Shown here piece after piece: positions 23,875 to 33,721 of a DNA stretch of 62,657 bases (its first letter is position 1; each line of letters opens with the position of its first letter). The notes below the pieces were generated by a model that was given only the letters and a program-made list of their open reading frames with translations, was not told the DNA's origin and ran no database searches. The stretch comes from Macrostomum lignano (lineage: Eukaryota): the NCBI GenBank assembly GCA_002269645.1, contig NIVC01004055.1:1-62657 (forward strand), read 5' to 3'. A program made the translations under genes and the position numbers.

Positions 23875-25954
23875 TTGTGGGACGATGAGCCAGTAAGTAG
23901 TATAGAAAAAAAGGCGAGCGAAGCGAGAATTTTTTTCTATGGTGCTTACTTTTGCGAAATCGTCCCTGATAAGATGTAACGTGGTTGCACACACTAAAAA
24001 TGACGTTTTTCAACTTTGAAACGCTGCGCAGAAAAAACGGTACGACCGATTTACAAACTGTTTTTGCCAAAATGTGTCAAAGACCTAGCGCTATCGGATG
24101 CACAATAGTTGGTTGCTATGGCAACGCATTTTGGTTGCCATGGCAACCAAAAACTGCGTTTTTTCGACTTTGTCAAAAACTTTGATCTCAAAAAATAAGG
24201 ATTGAGAATATGGCAGCGCTTAGCGAGTGGGCTCAGTAAACGCGGGCATTTAAACGCTACAATGATCAGAAATGGATTTTTTGATTGTACTTTAACTTTT
24301 AGGGTAAAAGTACAAAAAACGTGTTTTTTGAGGTCGAAAAATTGGCATTTTTTTCAACTTTGCCTTACCGCAGCGAAAAGGACGCGCTTTCGCGCGGCCT
24401 TTGAGCTGCCTCCTAGCCTTAAAAACACTTAAGGCTGTTTGATGCGCTAAATTTTTTTCGGCTAAAATGTACTTTTCACATGGCTGCCTATCTGCTGTTT
24501 AAAAGTACAAATTTTTAGTGCACTTTTGTGAGGCCTATGGCGTCGAGATGGAAAACTTTATTTTTGATGTTTTTTATACCAAATCACTCAACTGGATGTC
24601 TTTTAATCAGAAACATCGACATTTGGCCGATTGGGCCATCAATAACCTGCCCAGGTGCCAAAGAGTGCCTAAAAACGTCGTTTTCGAAAAAGTGGGTCAC
24701 GTTTTAAAAAAGCAGTCCTCAAACTTGAAAAAGTGTTTTATGCTACGGTGTTGAGACTTTAACACGACGTGTCAAACATATGGAAATTTGTTTTCCTGAA
24801 TTTTCTAAGCATTTGGACCTACCTGTGCTGAGCAGTGACCCGGAAACCAGGGAAAAAAGGGGCCGGGGGGACTGCAAAAAAACAGACGTTGTTAAGGAAA
24901 TTTTTTTAAAATGGGGCGAACTTTTTCGAGTGTAGGGTCAAATTGTAACCCATCGGATGCCCTTTTGAATGACATAAGACACTCCTGAAAAAATCCCTGT
25001 TAACAGGTACTTTTTACCTGTTATGTGAAAAACGGCCCATTTGGGGGTACAAACTTTGAAGTCGAAAAATAAGAATTTTTGCGCACCGATTTTTCTGCAT
25101 TTTCAATATTGTTTAGTCGAATAGCTGAAGTTACACCGGTCATACGCCAATATGGCTGGAAAATTCGTATTTTTGAGAAAATTGGCTCCGAATTTTGAGA
25201 AGGCCATTTTTGGGCAAATTTTAAGCATAATTTTGGTAATAACTCTGCATTGGCAAGGCCTAGAGACTCAATTTTGGTGTCTAAAAACAGCACTATGGAT
25301 GCACTATGCAACTAAATTAGTTTTGAAAACTGATTCGCTGGTTAAAAGGTGGTAATACGTGTTTGAATACCTGTCAGAACAGGTGAAAATTCATATTGTG
25401 GCGCCTAGCAGCCGTAAAAATTTGTTGACATAGTTTGAAATTGCATTGGATGAGTGCGCCTTGATGTTATCTCTGCAACGACATGCGACTCGTATTTTTA
25501 GGTAAAGGCGTTGCGATGCAGTGAGCAGAAATGTATGAAGAAGCAGCAAAAATCGTAAAAGTGGCTACCATAGGGAATATTCGATATAAACGGCGTGCAC
25601 TGTAGAGCTTTGCTTAAGCGAGAGATGGATCGGGGCGAAGGCAGTTGCTCTGTAAAATACATGTACCCGGGTTCGAATCCCAAGTGGACCAGGTTTTTTC
25701 TATATTTAATTTTTTTAGCAGGAACGGATTTATTAGTATTTTCAATATAATTTAATATTGATTGTTTAATTTTCCTTTCCTTGTATACCTTATTAAAGAG
25801 TAAGAGTGAAGCTGAAAGTGCGGCACAGATGATTTGTTAGTGCAGAAAGGATATTACGATACATATCGGCAAGTATCATGTGTTGCGCGGTCGCCAAAGG
25901 CTTACAAGCAGTTTTAGCATGCTAAAAAGATGTGTTAGAGGTGGGAAAAGTTGC

Positions 25955-26690
25955 GGAGGGGTGGGGTGGGGAGCGGGGGTGTGGGGTGGCAGCCCCCACG
26001 TTACGCAAACCCCACAACAACAACCACCCACCCCAACAACAATGCGCGGGAGGGGTGGGGGAGCGGGGGTGTGGGGCGGCAGCCCCCACGTTACGCAAAC
26101 CCCACAACAACAACCACCCTCCCCAACAACAACGCGCGGGAGGGGTGGGGGAGCGGGGGTGTGGGGGCGGCAGCCCCCACGTTACGCAAACCCCCAACAA
26201 CAACCACCCTCCCCAACAACAACGCGCGGGAGGGGTGGGGGAGCGGGGGTGTGGGGGCGGTAGCCCCCACGTTACGCAAACCCCACAACAACAACCACCC
26301 TCCCCAACAACAACGCGCGGGAGGGGTGGGGGAGCGGGGGTGTGGGGGCGGCAGCCCCCACGATACGCAAACCTCACAACAACAACCACCCTCCCCAACA
26401 ACAACGCGCGGGAGGGGTGAGGGAGCGGGGGTGTGGGGGCGGCAGCCCCCACGTTACGCAAACCCCACAACAACAACCACCCTCCCCAACAACAACGCGC
26501 GGGAGGGGTGGGAGAGCGGGGGTGTGGGGGCGGCAGCCCCCACGTTACGCAAACCCCCAACAACAACCACCCCCTAACAACAACAACAACAACAACCCCA
26601 ACAACAACATAAACCCCAATAAACAACAACCCCTTTTACAACCAACAAACAACAACAACCGCCTTAACAACCCTTTCTACACAACAGCAG
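25955..26690 (+). repeat. ~90-bp CAA minisatellite, 7 copies (unit starting 23875)
   Basis: Direct tandem repetition. Confidence 0.9.
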
Positions 26691-27061
26691 AGTGGATATT
26701 CTTTTAATCTAATAAAATATTTTTTATTATTATATTTCTACAGTTATGTATAAACTTTGTTTAAATCAAATTGAAAATGTAGCCCATTAAGCTTCTTAGT
26801 TCTTCATACGTTATAGCCGTAAAATATAAAAACACGATATAGCGTTTTAATTAGTTCTTAATTTGGGTTAAATAAATAGGTCATAGCCATAAACAATAAT
26901 GGACATAATAAACCATCATAAGTATTTTTATTAATTATTTTAAACAGTTATGCTTAAACTTTGTTTAAACTAAATTATAATCAACTAAGCTTCTTAGTTT
27001 TTTAATTTAAAATAGGCCATAAAAGTTACGAACAATATATAAACCATATATATATATATAT

Positions 27062-28110
27062 ATTTGAATACTGATTCCTAGGTTCGCAGGTCTTAATACC
27101 TGTTTGAATACCTGTCAGAACAGGTGAAAATGCATATTTTGGCGCCTAGCGGCCTAGGAGGCGTAAAATTTGTTGACGTAGTTTGAAAATGCATTAGATG
27201 AATGCGCCTTGATGTTTTGATTTTAACGACATGCGACTCGCATTTTTAGGTTAAGGCGTTGCGATGCAGCGAGCAGAAATGTATGAAAAAGCAGCAAAAT
27301 TGGTAGAAATGGCTGCTATTAGCGATATTTGATATAAAACGCGTGTACTGTAGGCGAATCTAGTAAGCTACTGGTGGCGCAGTGGCAAAGTTAGTTGCCT
27401 CATAATTGAGCGCTCTAGGGTTCGATCCCCAAGTGGAGTGATAACATTTTTTGTTTTAAAGTTTTTTTAGAGCAAACAGATTTTTAGTATTTTTTATTTC
27501 TCTTACTCTTATGTTTTTTATACAATTAAATTAAATTTAATTTGAATTTATTTTTTCTTTTTATACGTATTTAAAGAGTAACAGTCAATCTCTTAGTGCG
27601 GCACGTATGATTGTTAGTGCAAAAAGTAGATTACGATACATGTCGGTAAGGAAGTATTTGGTGTCTGGTCATCTGAAGGCTAGAAAATAGTTGTAACATA
27701 TTAAAGAGACGTGGGAAAAGTTGTGGAGGGGTTGCCGGGAGCGGTGGGCGTGTGGGAGCGGGGGGTGAGGGAGCGGGGTTGGGGGAGCAGGGGTGGGGAG
27801 CGGGGTTGGGGGTGCAGGGCAGAGGTGGCGGAGCGTGGGGTGGGAGTGCGGCCAGCCCCCCCACTTTACCACTAGTAGACTAACTAATGCCAGGGGCGTG
27901 GGGGGGCGGCCAGCCTCCCACTATACCACTAGACTAACTAACGTCACTATAACTCACAATTATATAGTGATCCTTGGTGGAATAGCCTGACGCGAGTCGG
28001 AATTGTGTATCATTTATTTGGAAATTTGACGGAACGTATTTAGTATGTAAAAATATTCGTTAGTAAGATATATTTTGGCAGTTAATATAAACTTAGAATA
28101 GATTTTTGCT
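27062..28110 (+). repeat. 5'-truncated second copy of the unit tail (ACCTGT cluster, B-type tRNA-like module, degenerate minisatellite, segment shared with E4)
   Basis: Starts TTGAATACTGATTCCTAGG (cf. TTGAAAACTGATTCTTAGG at ~4437). 27970-28110 resembles 12505-12660. Confidence 0.75.
27375..27452 (+). promoter_or_regulatory. tRNA-derived A/B-box module with consensus boxes
   Basis: TGGCGCAGTGG (27375-27385), GGTTCGATCCC (27419-27429), TTTTTT at 27447-27452. Confidence 0.65.
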
Positions 28111-30773
28111 TTTACAATGTTTTAAAAAATTTAAAGAGAAAGAAGTTTTTGCGTCCACCTTGTTTAAATGGGGATAGAAGCAATGGCTGCCGAAAAATTC
28201 AAAAATTAAGCGCCGCGCAATCTAACTTAACCGATGAATGAAAAAGAATCTTTCTTCTTCAAACGTTTAAATTTAGAAAATTGATTTAAGTATTCATTTA
28301 AGTATTCAAATTCCATTTCAGTTTCCCTTTCCCTAGTAGTTTGTTTTTTGTTTTTTTTCAGCAGTAGTTTGCTTTTTGCTTTTTGTTTTTTCCCCAGTAG
28401 TTTGCTTTTAGGTTTTTGCTTTTTGCTTTTAGTTTATTAATTTCTATTGTTAGAAGTTTCGTATCAACTAAAGTCCAATTGTAAGTTTTGTATCATTTGC
28501 AATAATATTACTGTTTTGTACTTTTTTACTATGTATATGGCCATATGGATATGGTGCTTTAACATATAAGCAGTAAATAATATGGTTATCTGTTCGACAG
28601 CAAAAGATTGCACTAAATTTTGTTTATTATAAAAATACTAAGAATCTTTTTGTTGCCTATTGCCTATAGTGTGTATACTTATTTGTAATTTGACTAATTT
28701 GTATTTGTCGATTCTCTAAGAATTATATATCATGTAATATATCAAGTATATATCATTATATATTAAATATTATATATTATGTATAGTGGTATAGCCTTTT
28801 AAAAGCTAGAATAAATATAGCTGGACACAAATTAAATTGAGATGGAGACCTTATTGATATGAAAAATTAGCCTTACAAAAAGCAGGAAGCCAATGTTTTT
28901 TATATTCTTATTTTTGTTGCTATTTTATATTTATTTTTATTACAGATATAGTCTCTTTATTTATACTATAGCCCCACTCCCAAATCTTACATATATGGCA
29001 GAAAATTCTGGTATACATTAGACCTGAAAATATGCTTAACATATATTATATAATATCTAGTGTAACACAATAGCTATACCAATTGTGCACCATTGCGCCA
29101 GTGTATTAGGTGTCTAGCATAGTCTGTAGATGTCTGGCATGGCAATAGTTGGCTATTGATGTATGAAAGAGAAAGAAAGAAAGAAATGTAGGAAAAAGAA
29201 AGAAAGAAATGTTAAAACAAGATAAAAAACAAGGAATACTATACAATAGTTATTATTTATTTATTTAGAGATTTTTGTGTCTATAAAAGTAAAAAATAAT
29301 TTCATTTAAAAAAGGGACTTAAAATTTGAGTTAAAATTTAGAATAGTGTTGCAATATCATTCTGGTATACATATCATGTGCAAGATTTATTCTGGTATAA
29401 ACCTAAATTTATGGTATAAGGGGTCATTTTTGCCAGTATACCATAATGCAGAAAGCTCCGAATTGTGTGTAGGGCAGCTATATATCTTATATATATAGTA
29501 AGTCATATAATATTTGAATTAATATTCCAATTAACAAAAAGTAGCAATAAATCAAGATTAATTTTGGTATACATCCCTATAAGAAAAAGTTGTAAAGCTG
29601 CAGACAATGTCCGGCACACTTTTGGAAATTTTTCTAAAGCTCAGTGTGCGCACAAGTGCGCAGCGCTTGTGCATGCATTGCCTTTTCTTGCTGGCTGCTG
29701 CTTTAGCAAATAAATATATATGCAAGAGGGTCTAATACCTTTGAGGAAGGGGCCTATAGACTCATAATTTCTCGTATAATGCTTAAAGATATTCCAAAGT
29801 TTGATTTTGATTTTCCAAAATTTTGGAAGCATATAAAAGAGTGGCAAAAAATAAACAAATTAGTGCTATAAATACATGTCTTTTGTTTTGTATAAGCAGT
29901 AAATCAAGAATAAAAAAATGAGTTTTGGTTTGAGTAAACTTTGTTTTTTTTGCATTTTGACTTTAGAAAATTTTACAATTTTTTAAAGTTAGCAAATTTC
30001 AATTTCAATAGAAAATGCAATTAAAACATTGCAAAACATTGCAATTAAAACATTAGGTAGATGGCACCATGTATAAAAATAAAGCATTAGGTGGATAGCC
30101 AATGTGCACACAATTAAAACAATGGGTGGATGCTGCCTAGCTATGCACATTCAATGTTAAACCTGAAACCTAAAAATTCTATATTCCAAGTTTATGTCAT
30201 GATTGTCAGTGAGGGCAAAAATATAATAGAATTTTCTAGCATAAGGGCCACTTTCTAGACAATAATATATATTCATTTAGAAAGCTAGAATAAATACAGA
30301 ATAGACAACTATTCAGTGAGGGCAAAAATATGGTAGAATTGTCTAACATAAGCGCCATAATAAATAAGCGTATAACATATGTACTTGATAAACAAAGGAT
30401 TGTTGCAATTAATATGCAAAGAGTTTATAGCCTCCATGCAGCTCGGAGCTAATCAAACATGAGTAAACTGCTACTATTGCTGATGTTTGCATTCCCTTCT
30501 TGGTTGGTGAGGTCAGAATTGATGGAGAAGTGTTTCCCGAGTCTCCTCAGCCTGCTGGTTGCAACTGCTTAGTCTATCCAGGCAGTCAGTCAGTTGGCCA
30601 AATTTGGCTAAATCCACATAGTTGTCAAATAGTTTTGTTGTGCGCAGATCTCTGTTAGCGCACAACAATGTGTGCCTGCCTACCTAACCCATTGGGTCAA
30701 CAATAGCAAATTTGCCAGCAACATCATTGACTTTTGCACCTTATAGTTAACAAAAAAGAACTTTAAAAAGTCC

Positions 30774-30870
30774 AATCAGGGAATCAGTGCCCTAAGTCAC
30801 TGAGCCGGTCTCTGACCTCAGTGCCAAATCAAGGAATCAGTGACCCAAGTCACTGAGCCGGTCTCTGAGC
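30774..30870 (+). repeat. 53-bp direct duplication with internal hairpin
   Basis: AATCAGGGAATCAGTGCCCTAAGTCACTGAGCCGGTCTCTGA at 30774 and AATCAAGGAATCAGTGACCCAAGTCACTGAGCCGGTCTCTGA at 30827. The second copy has a perfect TCAGTGAC/GTCACTGA stem. Confidence 0.85.
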
Positions 30871-32504
30871 TCGGTTTCAATGATAACCTTAGAGAACAAC
30901 TCACAGAAGCAGTGACAATTTAGGTCATTCATTCAAACTACTGGGCTAAAAAACTCGGCTATATTTTGCAGTCATATGGAATTTTGCATTTGATCTGAAA
31001 ATTTTTAACTGAGTTTGAATACTTGTAAATAAAGCATTTACAGAAATGCAATTAGCTTGTATTTAGTTTTTTAAAAACAAAGAAGCAAACAGATTGTTTG
31101 GGTTCTTCTCGATAGCCACAGTCACGTGCATTCTCATCGAGCCTTGGTGAAGTAGCACCTCGGCAGCCTCTCTATGATCTCGACAGCCGAGTTGTACAAG
31201 TTCATGTCGAAGCTGGAGCTCTGCGAGTCAGAGAATGGCTATATTTAGTACATTACTAAAACTTTTAGAGCTACAATTTAGCTGATATTTGGTCTTCTCT
31301 TTGCTTTAGCTTTATTTAAAATTTTAGCTTTCCCTTACTAATATAGTGTAGTTTTCAGAAAATTTTATATTCTTTAAAACAAAAAGCTGCACAAGTTTGC
31401 AAGCATAGAGCCTATGAATATTTTATTATTTTATATACAAAATGCTCTTTATACAAAAAATTGTCTTTGAGTATTATAACCTAATATTAGCTTAATTTTT
31501 ATACCAAAGAGCTTGCTTGCACAATAGCCATGCACATATACCTATTATTGAATTGCATGCATGGCACAGCAGCTAGCAATTGATTTAATCAATTTTAATC
31601 AATTGAGAATTGGGGTCCTTAAATCAATGCATTGGTATTGGCAAACCTAATTAAAAATTATTGTTATTAGATTGTTTTATAATGTTATATCGCACATAAA
31701 GAATAAAACTAAAATTATAACTATTATTATAAATATAAACCTACAATGGGTGTAATCTGGGCTAATTCCATCAAGTAAATGAGTTCTTGTGTATATATAT
31801 ATATATATGTATAGTTTTAAATATTTAAGAAATATGTTTTGTAAATAGACAAACAATTAAACTCTTTGTGTCTAACTTTGTGCACTACTTGAGCATCAGG
31901 AAGCTAATAGTATAATGACCATCCTTTCCTTATATGCCAAGTTGTTTTGTTTAATGTAACAATTTTGTTTCCATAAGACACAAATGCAAAGACTGCATTT
32001 CTACCAATTCCATATATCACCAGAACCCTTATGTTTGAGATCTTGATAGAAGCTAACATAAGTCTGGTGCAAATCTCATTTATACTTAAGTTTCAGAACA
32101 GAAAAGCAAACGAGTAGTACAGATTAAAATCTCATTTAATCTTGATGTATTAACACTTTAACACTTTCAACAATTATTAAGGAGTATGCCGCCGAAAGGA
32201 CCTGGAAGGAAGCCTAAACGCGCTACCTACGGGCGGCCATTCGAGTCTAAAACGAAGCCGCCAGCCGCCGCTATTGATTGCAAGACAGGCGAACCTGCTG
32301 CTGCTGCTTTCTTTCTTTCTTTCTTTTTCGGGTCACGGACATTGTAGCTAGACGTAGCTAATAGGACCGGGGGCGTAGCCCCATGCAGCCGGGGCGCTGA
32401 CCCTGCGCGGGCGGGCAGTAGACGGCGGAATCCAATTTGCGGCCTGCGGCGGGTGGCCAGAGAGCGTGGGGACCCGAGTCCCGGTGCGCAGGGCTCCTCC
32501 GCAG

Positions 32505-33346
32505 ACCGACTTACGCTGTAAAAACCGCTGCTGCTGCTGCTGCTACTGCTATTGAGCCTGAATCAAGCACACCTGGTGTCGCTACTGTTGTATCGGAAGT
32601 TACGAATTTCGCAGTTGCTGCTGCTGCTTCTGGTGGTTCTGACAATGTTGTTGCTGCTGAAGATGCGACTGTAGACTATGAATTGCGCAATGCTGCTGCT
32701 GCTTTGAAGGAGAGTGGATTGTGTGACGAAACTCGCGGTAAGCTTGTGTTACTCCTTGCCATTGCCAACTTTCACATACGACGGAATAGATTGTAACGGA
32801 ACTGGAATAGTTGGATTCAGATGTCATGAAAGTTGGATGATAAAGTTTAGAATGCTGTTTTAATGTATATGCTTGAATTATAAGCCTATAACTTAGTATT
32901 ATACTCACCCTAATGTGCTTCAGACTGCCCAATTCCTGTTGTCGTGTCTACTACTGATGAATTAGCAGGACAACAAGCTGAATTGGACGAAGCTGCTGCT
33001 GCACTTAGAGAAGCAGGTTTTTGCCACACTGACGGTAAGGCCTGTCTTAGCTTACTGTCTATTACGGGTGGAATAGTTTTTTAAAATCAAGATTTTGAAA
33101 TTTAAAGAAAGCTTATATAGGATCTACAAGTGACACTATTGGTATCCAAGATTTTCTAGGACCCAGTTTTTGTTTGGTCATATCTCAGATTTCTCAATAG
33201 AGAAATTCCACAAATGCTACTTTGCATTTTGTCAATGTAGTATTGTGATGTCCTTTATTTGGTTTGACCTACGTTGTTTTTTTGCAGTTCAGCTTCAAGA
33301 ATTTTTGGGGAGTAGCGATTATGAAGGATTATGGTTCGTTCGTTAA
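32505..33346 (+). CDS. Predicted small spliced gene, Ala/Glu-rich, unknown function (exons ~32505-32737, 32924-33034, 33288-33346; 5' end uncertain)
   Basis: GTAAG donors at 32738 and 33035; acceptors TTCAG (32923) and TTTTTTTGCAG (33287). Both introns are phase 1 and join in frame to a stop at 33344-33346. Two exons repeat the motif ELxxAAAALxExGxC. Confidence 0.55.
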
Positions 33347-33721
33347 GGAATATTCTTTCACAACATTTACAGCGCCATTTTCGAACCAATCTTGTTAGAG
33401 GACTTTTTGCTGGTTGGGTGGGTTTTTATGGAAAATTAAGTTTAATAGCTTGAGTTTTGAAAGTAAAGTTTTCAGTAGTCACTTAAAATGTTGCTTAAAT
33501 GGTTTAGATCGATCGATCGATGCAATTATACGAACTAAAGACGGCCTTGAGCACGGTCAAGAGCGCTTCTAGGCAAGTGTGCTGGTGACTTGATCCAGAC
33601 ATATCGCGGCTGGGTCAGAAATTGCAGATATCAGTTGTTGGAGGGTTGTAAAGCACTAGCACTATAGTGCTGTAAAGTCAGACCAAGGTAAGCTGATCCA
33701 ATTCTTGATTACAGAAAGTAC

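Larger units (their letters stand above)
1..27047 (+). mobile_element. Left head-to-tail array of non-autonomous Helentron/Helitron2-type elements (HINE-like), 8 units
   Basis: A ~57-bp junction CCATCGTCCCAC-CTT-TGAAGACGACAGCGTCTTCA-TTCACTAG-TT-GTGGGACGATG(G) recurs with its TT at 2991, 6770, 9792, 13040, 16677, 20854 and 23875. Sequence between junctions is homologous. The first unit starts just before base 1. Confidence 0.85.

Noticed and set aside
27368-27440. Functional tRNA gene
   Set aside because: A and B boxes are good, but the acceptor, anticodon and T stems pair poorly or only out of register, and the apparent anticodon differs between copies. Reported as a tRNA-derived promoter instead.
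30513-31237. Two short coding-looking minus-strand stretches (HTLLCANRDLRTTKLFDNYVDL... and SDSQSSSFDMNLYNSAVEIIERLPRCYF...)
   Set aside because: Only ~56 and ~35 codons, each ending in a stop, with no convincing splice pair or recognisable family. tBLASTn/RNA-seq would be needed.
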